In this document: one piece after another, positions 20,500-30,400 of the stretch
Numbering within the stretch: the stretch's first letter is position 1
Layout: the number at the start of each line of letters is the position of its first letter
Assembly: GCA_049999805.1 (NCBI GenBank)
Contig: JBNGIO010005907.1
Location: 1 to 61,967, forward strand
Length of the DNA stretch: 61,967 nt
Direction of reading: 5' to 3'
Origin: Folioceros fuciformis
Lineage: Eukaryota
The notes under the pieces: model-generated
Databases searched by the model: none
Told to the model about the DNA's origin: nothing
Seen by the model: the letters and a program-made list of their open reading frames with translations, nothing else
Made by a program: the position numbers and the translations under genes

Positions 20500-23400
20500 A
20501 TGGCGGAGCCGGCACTACTGGGCACGCTCCCGCTGCCCTCTTCGGTAGTCCCGGATACCACGGAAGCCGTGATCAATCAAGACCGGATTCAATCAAGCTT
20601 CTCTCGTTCCGACCTCTGGCACAGAACTTCCAAGGAGACAGTGTGGCTGAACAACTCTGGCAAGCCTCTGTCCCAGCTGATCAGCTTTGATGCTCAATTC
20701 TCATGCACCACCAGAATCCTGAAACAGGAGAGTGGCCTTTGTAAGGATACATGGTATCAAGAACGTTCACTGGTTGAGTCCCTACAGAAGCGTTGTGAGG
20801 AGGGAGAGCTAGATGAGGCGGTGGAAGCATTGAATGTACTGGTGGATCGAGGATGCCGTGTCAGCGTCGCTCTCTTCTATCGGATTCTGAAGAGGTGTAC
20901 TACACACAAGGACTTGCTTCTCGGTACTCGGGTCCATGCTCTTGCTGTGAGAAATGGATACGAGTCAAACTCATTCTTGGCTAACCATCTCATTTGTATG
21001 TATACCTCCCTTGAGAGATTGGAGGAGGCCATGCGTGTCTTCTCCAAGGTTCCCGCACCAAATGTGTACATGTGGACGTCCATCATCCTGGCGCATGTCA
21101 GACATGGATTTCCCAAAGAGGCCACGAGCCTGTACCGACAGATGCGGGATTCAAGTGCCAGGTCTGACAATCATATATTTGTGGCAGTACTCAAAGCGTG
21201 TGCAGCCGCTGGAGATTTGGTTTTTGGCGAGGAAGTTCATGCTGATATTTTGAGGAGTGGTGTGAAGCCTGATGCCTTTGTCGGCAGCAGCCTAGTGGAC
21301 ATGTACGCAAAATGTGGGAGCTTGGATAATGCTGCCCGAGTGTTTGAGGGCCTGCCCACCAAGAGTGTGGGTACTTGGACTGCCCTGATTGCGGGCTATG
21401 TCCAGCTTGGGCTCGGTAAACAAGCTCTCGATCTTTATGCCAGGATGCAACTGGATGGGTTGGCTTTGGCCAATCGTGTTACATTCGTGTGTCTTCTGCA
21501 AGCATGTGGCAACATGGGAGCCCTTCACCAGGGCAAGCAACTGCACGCACAGATTCAAGAAGGAGCAGTGGCAGTTGACCTCATGATAGGCAATTGCTTG
21601 GTGGACATGTATTCAAAGTGCGGGAGCTTGGATGATGCTCGCAGGGTCTTTGACGGATTGCTCAGCAAAGACGTGGTTACTTGGAATTCCATGATTGCAG
21701 GATACACACACCAAGGGCTTGGCCATGAAGCCCTTGCTTTGTATAGAAGTATGCAGCAGGAGGGATTGAGTTCAGCTACACCTGTGACGTTTGTTTGCCT
21801 CCTTCAAGCATGTGCCTATGTGGGGGAGCTACGTCAGGGCCAGCATATTCATGCGCAGATTCGTGAAAAGAATCTGGATACTGACATTCTTATTGGCAGG
21901 GGCTTGGTGAACATGTACTCCAAGTGTGGAAGCTTGGACGATGCTCGTAAGGTGTTTGACAGCTTACCCAGAAGAGACGTGGTGGCATGGACTTGTATGA
22001 TCACAGGGTGTATACAACAGGGGCTGAGTCATGAAGCAATTGCCCTGTACGACAGTATGCTCCAGGAAGGGATCACACAAGAGGACACATCTATTTTGTA
22101 TCGTGTGCTCAAGATGTGCTCTGAACAGAAGGATCTCTCTCTTGGCAGGAAGGTACATGCTCTAGTTATAAAAAGTGGGCAAGAGTCGAACACATTCTTG
22201 GCCAACCACATAATTGCCATGTATGCTTCTCATGGCAAATTGGAGGATGCGATGCAGGTTTTCACCAAAGCAAGTGTCGCGGATGCTCACATGTGGACGA
22301 CAATCATTTGGGCACACGCAAGGAATGGACAGCCCACTCAGGCAATCAGCCTTTATGAACAGATGCGAGATTGGCATGTGGAGCCAGACAATCATACATT
22401 CGTAGCAGTCCTCTGGGCATGTGCTGCCGCAGAGGATCTGGCTTCAGGACAGGAAGTGCATTCTGATGTTTTAAAGAGTGTTGCTGACGTTGATACGTTC
22501 GTTGGCAACAGCCTGGTGAGCATGTACGCAAAATGTGGCAGCTTGGAGGATGCTCGCAGAGTGTTCGACAGTCTATGCATAAAGGATGTGGTTACATGGA
22601 ATGCCATGTTTGCAGGATACACGAAGCACGGGCTGGGTCATGAGGCCCTGGCTCTGAATGAAAGTATGCAGCAACAGGGGGATACCGTGCCCACGCATGC
22701 AACCTTTGTTTGCCTCCTTAAAGCTTGTGCCGCCGTTGGAGCCTTGAGTCAGGGTAAGGAGCTTCATAGACAGATTCAGGGAAGAGGCCTGGAGGCTGAT
22801 GTGCCCATCGGCAGCAGCCTAGTGGACATGTACGCGAAATGTGGGAGCTTGGAAGATGCACAGACAGTTTTCCAACACATGCCCAGCCGTAATGTGGTGA
22901 CGTGGGGTGCGCTGCTCAATGGCTACGCCGAACACGGCTACGGTGATGAGGCAATCCATTGTTTCAAGGAGATGCTTCAGCAAGGTGTGGAGCCTGATGA
23001 GACCATCTTCATCAGCCTCCTCGTAGCCTGCAGCCATGCAGGATTGGTGCATGAGGGACTGCACTACTTCAGGGTTATGGTGGACGAGCACGGCATTGCG
23101 CCGAGCCAATATCACTACAACTGCATTGTCGATCTTCTGGGGCGCTCAGGATTCCTAGACGAGGCAGAAGAAATCCTTCTCCAAACTGCCCCTTCTGATA
23201 GTCTGGTGGTCGGGTGGACATCCTTATTGAGCGCCTGCAAAAGCCAGGGCCACGCAGAGCTTGGACAGCGATGCTTCGAGCGACTGGTAGCAATGGAGCC
23301 TGCAAATGCCAGTGCATACGTTCTCCTGGGCAACATGTATGCGCATGCTGGCAGGTGGAAGGATGTCGAAGAAACAGAACGCTTGCGAAATCAAGCAGGT

Positions 23401-23811
23401 GCGTGGAAGAAGCCTGCCAGGGCATGCATTGAAGTGAACAGGAGGGTGCACGAATTCACAGTAGGAGAGGACAGGGCTGACATCTCCTCGAAGGTGAGGG
23501 GAATGAACAAAAGGCTGAAAGAGGAAGGCGGCCATGTGCCACAAACTGAGTTGGTCCTGAAGGCAGTGTCCTTGCTGGAGAAGGAAGAGGCCCTGTGTGG
23601 ACACGCCGAAAAACTGGCTCTGGCATACGGTCTCCTGTATTCTCCCGATGGCTCATCCTTGCTTGTGACTAAAAATCTTCGCATGTGCAACGACTGCCAT
23701 AGCAGCACCAAGGTGATGTCTCGGCTGGAGAAGCGAGAGATCATCGTCAGGGACGCGCAGAGAGTGCACCGATTCCGGGATGGCTCTTGCTCGTGTGGCG
23801 ACAGGCATTGA
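20500..23811 (+). CDS. PLS-class PPR protein with DYW:KP domain (C-terminus DRH) and an internally duplicated array
   Basis: WKKPARACIE, HAEKLA, MCNDCH, CSCGDRH*. First ATG is at 20500; an upstream exon is possible. Confidence 0.93.
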   Translation: MAEPALLGTLPLPSSVVPDTTEAVINQDRIQSSFSRSDLWHRTSKETVWLNNSGKPLSQLISFDAQFSCTTRILKQESGLCKDTWYQERSLVESLQKRCEEGELDEAVEALNVLVDRGCRVSVALFYRILKRCTTHKDLLLGTRVHALAVRNGYESNSFLANHLICMYTSLERLEEAMRVFSKVPAPNVYMWTSIILAHVRHGFPKEATSLYRQMRDSSARSDNHIFVAVLKACAAAGDLVFGEEVHADILRSGVKPDAFVGSSLVDMYAKCGSLDNAARVFEGLPTKSVGTWTALIAGYVQLGLGKQALDLYARMQLDGLALANRVTFVCLLQACGNMGALHQGKQLHAQIQEGAVAVDLMIGNCLVDMYSKCGSLDDARRVFDGLLSKDVVTWNSMIAGYTHQGLGHEALALYRSMQQEGLSSATPVTFVCLLQACAYVGELRQGQHIHAQIREKNLDTDILIGRGLVNMYSKCGSLDDARKVFDSLPRRDVVAWTCMITGCIQQGLSHEAIALYDSMLQEGITQEDTSILYRVLKMCSEQKDLSLGRKVHALVIKSGQESNTFLANHIIAMYASHGKLEDAMQVFTKASVADAHMWTTIIWAHARNGQPTQAISLYEQMRDWHVEPDNHTFVAVLWACAAAEDLASGQEVHSDVLKSVADVDTFVGNSLVSMYAKCGSLEDARRVFDSLCIKDVVTWNAMFAGYTKHGLGHEALALNESMQQQGDTVPTHATFVCLLKACAAVGALSQGKELHRQIQGRGLEADVPIGSSLVDMYAKCGSLEDAQTVFQHMPSRNVVTWGALLNGYAEHGYGDEAIHCFKEMLQQGVEPDETIFISLLVACSHAGLVHEGLHYFRVMVDEHGIAPSQYHYNCIVDLLGRSGFLDEAEEILLQTAPSDSLVVGWTSLLSACKSQGHAELGQRCFERLVAMEPANASAYVLLGNMYAHAGRWKDVEETERLRNQAGAWKKPARACIEVNRRVHEFTVGEDRADISSKVRGMNKRLKEEGGHVPQTELVLKAVSLLEKEEALCGHAEKLALAYGLLYSPDGSSLLVTKNLRMCNDCHSSTKVMSRLEKREIIVRDAQRVHRFRDGSCSCGDRH

Positions 23812-24858
23812 TCAAGCTCCGGGGAATCGTGAAGCGAAGAAACCGATTTTGCCATGGTCTGAATAACGAAAAGCGTGGTACGATGAAACGTTGGAAACGA
23901 AATGCAGGTGGGAGCAGACCGCGTAACTGAAGGCGGGAAAGTGTCCGGTGAAGGATGCGATGCCGCGCGGACTAGGCAGGTCGTGAGCGACGGGGGCACG
24001 CCCCAAAAAGCCAACCTTTGGCTTGCTGCGCCTCCTCGCTAGGCGTTGCTTCAGACTCCTCCTGGCCCTTGTGCGCAGCGTGAATCCCTCATTTCCTAGG
24101 CTGCCGTGCCGCGTCTGCCCTCGCGCGCGCGCCTCCCTCTGCTGCTCGCCTCGCCTCTCTTCTTGTAAGATCGCCTTGCGGTAGATCTAGGTCGTAAGTT
24201 TCTGCGTTGCCCCCGATCTCTAACTGACCGCCGTGCTCTCACAACAGGCTTGGCTCGCCTCTCTACCGGACTTTCTTGTGGACACATCCAGGAGACATTT
24301 GCGGTAAGGTTCAACTGTGTGGAATCGGTCATCATGCCCTGTGTCCGTGTGTCCACGTTCTTGCCCTGCAGGTGTGAAGATCTGTACTGTTCTGCGGAGT
24401 GCAGGAGTCAGGGGGTTTGCCATTCTTAGGATCCCCTATGCCACTAATCCGTGCCCCAATATTCCCATCCCTGGACCTCGCAGTGCATTACATGTGGTGT
24501 CACGGGTAACTGGGGGGTTTTGCATCCTTTCTCGCCATGATTCACCTCACCCGTGGTTCACCTTGCAAACAAGAAAAAGGAATTTTAGTGATCTCAGCCG
24601 TAGACTACGTGCCCTTGGATTTGGTATCCATGGTTGATACGTTTAGTTGTAAAGGAACTTGGCAAATGAAAGGGAGACCAGAGAAAACACTCCTGTGGGT
24701 GCCATTGGACTGTCGAAGGTTTCATTGTGTGGACATTTGTCCCAGGTTCATCTTACATTCAAACAGGGCATCCTGGCAACGAGAGAAAAAATGAGACTGA
24801 TTTTGCATCTGTCCGCCTTGTTATAACCAGAGACTTATGAGCACAACGAGAAAGTGAA

Positions 24859-25443
24859 ATGGCAACCGGAACCGATGTCGATGTGAAGGAACATCCTGAG
24901 TCCTTCGTCTTTGTGTCTGATATGCCCGGCTGCAAATCCCATGACGTGAAGGTACTACTACTGACTCAAAGTTGACTGTAATGCATGACTTCCTGCGCTG
25001 TGAAGTCCCGGAGTTGCACAGAGAACACACTCGTTCCCTTTTTTCATCTGCTGCGACCAAGAATCCTTTCTATAGTATTCTTTCCTGCTTTCCTAACGTC
25101 CCCTGCGCTCGTCCTCAGTCGCTCACCCACCACTGGCTTTGTTGGCTGTCATGTTGTTCGTTGTTATTCTTGTGCGCTACGCTTTCAGGTGAGAGTTGAG
25201 AACGACAACGTTCTGGTGGTGAGGGGAGAGCGAAAACCCGATGACGATATTGAAGGGGAGACCAAATTCCTGCAGAAGCAGCGAAGACCTGGCCATTTTG
25301 CTTTCAAATTTATGCTGCCCGAAAACGCAAATGTGGACCATTGTAAAGCCATCTGCAGGGACGGGGTGCTGGTGGTGACCGTGCCCAAGATACCCCCACC
25401 AGATCCCCATGCACCCCGATTCCTGGACGTCCCGGTGGCCTAG
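24859..25443 (+). CDS. Small heat-shock protein (alpha-crystallin domain, class II-like); exons 24859-24951 and 25189-25443
   Basis: Spliced product MATGTDVDVKEHPESFVFVSDMPG...VKVRVENDNVLVVRGER...FMLPENANVD...CRDGVLVVTVPK, with a phase-0 GT-AG intron. Confidence 0.88.
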
Positions 25444-25827
25444 TCTAGGGCCCAGGGCCAAGACGTAGCACAGCCCGCCCACTAGCTCCAACCTGGTGCA
25501 CTCTTCGAGATGAAGCACCACTAGTTTCCACATTGCCCCACATTTTGGTTTCATTCGACGAAGATAAGCTCAACTGCTGAGCTTGCCAAGCTTGCTGTCC
25601 GATGTTAGCGTTTGAAGATAAAATACCATCTACATAATATCCCAAGCTACTTACCTACCAACCAACATAAGGTGTGCTGTTTGTCTGGCTTGACCTTGCC
25701 CGCAGTATATAAAGACCAGCATCCCACAGCGAGAGCAAGCACACATTGCACTCAACAGGCCACGACGAGAGGCAACGAAGCGGAGTGCGATGTCCAGCGA
25801 ATCCTGTACAGAAGAATGTCGCATCGA

Positions 25828-27249
25828 TCAGCTTGTCCTAGGAGGAACACGCACGAAGCTGAGTAGGGAGGAGAGATTGCCGAGGCCATGGAGGCTGGCC
25901 AGGTCATCCTCTACATCCGGAAACCCTAACCCTTGCTCCGCCATAGCCGAGCAGCGGAGCACGCTCGCCTGGCCGTCCACGATCTCCAGCACCTGCGGCA
26001 GGGCGTGGAGGACGCCGCGAGACATCCCGACATCGATCCTCCACACGCGCCCGCCGCACTGGCTGTTCACCCCGGCAATTTGCGGGGTATGCCCGACGAC
26101 GAGGCCACGGCAGTCCAGAGCGTCGAGCGCGGCCGAGAGCACGGCGCAGGCAGTGATCTTGTCCTCGGGTCGCTCGTAGATCTCCCGGGAGTAGAGCCTA
26201 CTCCACACCACGCTATCGAAACCCCGCGTGGCTAGAAACGGCATCTGCGCCTGCAGCCCGGCGGAGGATCTCGCCGCGCGCATCCAGTCCGATACCTCCT
26301 TGTTGATCCTCTCCAGCCCGTACTGAACGTGGTGCGGCAAAACCCCGCCATGTGCAAACAGCCAGTCGTTCACCTTCAGCACGACCCCATGCCGGGACAG
26401 CTCCTGCGCCAGGAACCCCCCCGGCGCGAACAGCACCGCTCGCGCGGCCTGCCCCTTCTGCAGCTTGAGTGGGTTCCAGAGCGAAGCCGCCCAGTCCCCG
26501 GGCGCCGTCCGCCGGTCCTCCGCCTCCCGAGCCGCCTGCGAGTCGAGGTGCCACGCTGCGAAGGCGGCGGTCCAATCCCCGCCGTGCTCGTCCTGGCAAT
26601 AGTCGGCGAAGCGCTGGCATTCCTGGAAGCCGGCCGGAGCGGCGTCCCGGAACTCCCCGGCCACGTTCATGGTTTCGTGGTTCCCATTAATCTGCAACAC
26701 AACGCCCCCGGCTGCCCGCGCCTGCTGCCGCAACCGGGCCAGCAAAGACAGGATTGCAATCTCGTCCCCGCCCCTATCCAGCACATCGCCAACCTGCACC
26801 AGGACGGTGGATCCCCCCGTCCAGTCGCTCCGCCCATCCGCGCTCAGCACTCCCGCCAGCTGCAACGCCAGCCTCGCCCTCTCCAGGTCTCCATGCACGT
26901 CGCCAACGGCCACAATCCGCCTCCCCGGGGCTGACACCACGGTGCATGGCGTGGGAGCCGGGCCGGTGTCGTCTTGGTCCAGCACAATGGGCTCGGGCAT
27001 CGGCACCTCACCAAGAGCCAGCGTAAGACACCGCTGCTGCGCCCAGCACCCGGAAATCACCACTGTCCCGATGACCAGCGCCCTGCGGGTGCTGGGGCAC
27101 CAGCCCGAATGCGCCTGCGTCAGCCTCCTCCTGCCCCATCCCGCGCTGGGTGGATGCCCCCGGCCCAAGAGCATAGCCGATATGCAGGAGGACGCAAGAA
27201 CCGTCTCCACCGTGCAGGGCTGCCACCAAGCAGCAGCGCCCACAACCAT
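25828..27249 (-). CDS. SLP1: Shewanella-like protein phosphatase 1 (PPP-like metallophosphoesterase), intronless
   Basis: Motifs GDVHG, GDVLDRG, GNHE, VVGHT, RIDVGMS and MPFLATRGFDSVVWSRLYSRE. A transit-peptide-like N-terminus starts at ATG 27249. Confidence 0.9.
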   Translation of the reverse strand: MVVGAAAWWQPCTVETVLASSCISAMLLGRGHPPSAGWGRRRLTQAHSGWCPSTRRALVIGTVVISGCWAQQRCLTLALGEVPMPEPIVLDQDDTGPAPTPCTVVSAPGRRIVAVGDVHGDLERARLALQLAGVLSADGRSDWTGGSTVLVQVGDVLDRGGDEIAILSLLARLRQQARAAGGVVLQINGNHETMNVAGEFRDAAPAGFQECQRFADYCQDEHGGDWTAAFAAWHLDSQAAREAEDRRTAPGDWAASLWNPLKLQKGQAARAVLFAPGGFLAQELSRHGVVLKVNDWLFAHGGVLPHHVQYGLERINKEVSDWMRAARSSAGLQAQMPFLATRGFDSVVWSRLYSREIYERPEDKITACAVLSAALDALDCRGLVVGHTPQIAGVNSQCGGRVWRIDVGMSRGVLHALPQVLEIVDGQASVLRCSAMAEQGLGFPDVEDDLASLHGLGNLSSLLSFVRVPPRTS

Positions 27250-27495
27250 CCTGCTCACATGAGCAGCAGCGTCCCCATGGCAATCAATGTAATGGACCCA
27301 GGAATGGACGAGAAGGAAGAATTCGCACCAGCACCCAAAATTCCGAACGTCAGCGGACCAAACGCAAGAAGGACTGAAAAGAAAAAAAAAGAATGAAAGA
27401 AGAGCATCTGTCATGGTTCGTGTTGGGTCAGAGCCATACAACGCGGTTGTGGTAGGACCATGTGTTCATGCGGGGTAAAGAAAGTTTGGCGGTAG

Positions 27496-30400
27496 CTATG
27501 CCGATGCCACAGGCTTGTGCCACAGGGGGGCAATCTCCTCCGTGTGAGCCCACCTGGAGAGCTCTCTGGCGCGGAGGACGGCCAGGGAGTGGGAGGAGCT
27601 GCCCAATTGGAGGGTCTTGAGCTCCACGCCGAAGCTCTGGGACTTTGACTTGCTCACGTTGGCGGCGACGGTTTTCTTGGAGATCATGGAGTTGAAGTGG
27701 GCGATAGAGGTGAACTCGGTGCGGATATTGAGGTTGTCGGACAGGGAAGAGGACTGCTGGAGGCCCAGGTTGCGGAGAATCGTGGACTGGGCCGCGGCGT
27801 CGGCTTTGTGGCCTTCTTCCAGGAGGGCTTCGATGTTGAGCTGCTTGGCCAGGGTGTGGGATCCTGCTGCCATTTTCAGGTTGGCGGAGACGACAACCAG
27901 CAGGCTTTCGGTGACGATGAGGGCTGCGCGGTCCCCTACCAGCTCCTGATACCGGATCCATCTGTCCAGGCTGTTGGCGAGGGCGCTTGACACGGGCCAC
28001 TTGCCGTCGAAGGCGGCGTTGCTGGGGCCCCATTTCAGGTCTCTGAGGTTACTGTTGTCCATGAGCTTCACGCCTGAGGGGGCCAGGTCGGGCTCCAGTA
28101 AGGCGGGGGCGAGGATCAGGATGGTCCAGGCCATGGCTAGGTGGCGGTACTTGGGCCATTTGAGGATTGTGAGCTGCTGGGCCATCAATGCCTGTATGCA
28201 GGAAAGAATTTCTAACATGCGGTGGCAGTATTTTCACGGATTACTTTCGTTTGGGATAGATGAAGCTTTGTTACAATTACCTGGAGTTCTACTGGTTCCA
28301 GGACGTCGAACACAGCGCTGTTGAATATGATTGCTGGTGGAGAACCCTGAAGACACCATGTGTATGCCCGACAGTAGGGACTGTCTCGGACGAACATCAA
28401 TGGGCAGTCCATGTCCAGAATGTTGCAGGTCTAGAAACAAGCCAAGCAGCAACACACAATTGAAGGATAGTTGTAACTGCAAGGCTTTGGATCACACAAC
28501 CAAGTTACCCCACTGCACCTGTTCAAGTAGCACGTGCATCTGGGGTAGTTGCATGTCTCCGATTGGTACGCCTAAGTCGATGTTAGATGCAGCCTGGATG
28601 AATTGTGGAGATACCGTCACTGCAAGGAGAGCCTCAATGCCTGGCACATGTGAGACCAGCTCTGTCGCCTCTTCTGTCTGCACACAGAAAATGCAGTGGG
28701 TCGCTTTGAAGAACTTCATCAGGCAGATCTTGGAGTCGCATTCCGAGCAGGCACACTTACCAAAGGATGTGCAAGAAGCTCAAGATCCAGCATCGTTGGG
28801 CACGATAAAGGCTTCCATTCTACCAAGTGTTCCGCTAGTGGATGCTTCAGCTCTTCATCATGCATTCCAAGAAGCTTGGTCTCCTGCTCAAAAGTATGTG
28901 CACCCATGTGTTACTTTCCCATCATTCTGGTTCGAAAAAACTTGTCGTGCGTCACTCTTACATTGCATGGCTGTTGAGAACTTGCCTTAACAATGGGCAC
29001 ATTTTCAGTCTTGTCCACAGTCTTCGAACTCCACCTAGGATTACCCACAGATGTGCTTAATAGAGGCATGATCGGCATCCCAGAGCCTTTGGTTCTTGGA
29101 CTTGCAGCAATGGACGTTCTTGGGCTCGAGAGTCCGAACCCAGATCTTGGACTTCCCAGTCTAGAACTTGTCCGGGGAGTCGACAGTCGGGAAGAACTCG
29201 GCTCTGAGGATCGTGCACTCATTAGTCCACCGTATAGAGGGTCACGAGCACTGAGGATTGACCTTGGCGTGCACAAGGAATCCCCTTTCCAAATGCCCTC
29301 ATTGGTTGCAGCAGTTGTCTGGTGAAACTGAAGCTCTCCAAGTGGCAATCTGGCCATCTCAACATTGCTAGATATGGTCTTCACCACTTGCTGCGGAGGT
29401 ACTCTGTCTTCCCGCGGGGGAATCAGAGGAGTTACTGGGCGGGCCACAGCGCAATGCTCATCGTCATCAAGAACAGCAGCTGATATCGCAAACTTCGACA
29501 CCTATTATTTTCAACAGAGTCTGAGCATGATCGTCATCTGAGCTTACGGACATTGGTTGAGCTCCTCAACCATGACCTTCACGTGCAGGAAAATCTTCCG
29601 CAAACCAGTTGACAAAATAATTCTCATACCTCAGGAATGTCCTTGTACGCTATCAGTGAGGCCAGAAGCTCAAGCAAATGATCCTCTCGCATGTGGGTGA
29701 GTCCGTATCGTTTTCGGTAGTACAGATACATAAACTCGGGCATTTCATGAGGTGTTTTACCACTTCTCATACACGCAATGTCGTCTTTAATCTTCGCAGC
29801 ATATATGTCAGTGATTGTTTGTCGAACAAACCTTTCTGTGAGTGGCTCCGCATCCTACGGCAGGAAATGGAATTGCAGAATCGTCGTTACAACGGCGCCA
29901 CTAAACAACAGAACCATTGCAACATTGCTACCGCTATTCTAGAGTCCGCCTGTCGCTCTATTTCACTGTCAGACAGTCTAATCCTTGCAGTCCGTGGCAT
30001 AGATATACGATAGTCGATTCCGCAAAAAACATTTCAGAGATCATGGTTAACTTACAACGGCCTTTCGGGCAAGCTTTTGCCAGTAGGTACGGAACTCCAG
30101 CATATCTGTTTCCTCGGGAGATAAGGGATGAGGTATCAATAGCGACCAAAAACCTGAGGCAGCTGTTTGAGAAGATCTGGACACTTTTCCCTGCATTGCA
30201 CACACCTGAGACAATTAGGGGCAGAAAACGAACTGACGAGTCGCCCGACGTGCTGTGCAGGGCTCAAGAATGTGGGGCATGCAACATTGGATCAGTTCGC
30301 AAAATGTGTCAGAATATATATTCACTCATAATAGCAAGTTACCTTGCCCATGAGCTTTTCATACAATTCCCTAGTGTACTTGTCTCGCCACCTTCTAGCT

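Noticed and set aside
25790-27396. Multiple long plus-strand ORFs over SLP1 (and similar ones over PFC1 and the PPR genes)
   Set aside because: Shadow ORFs of GC-rich coding sequence with no recognisable motifs.
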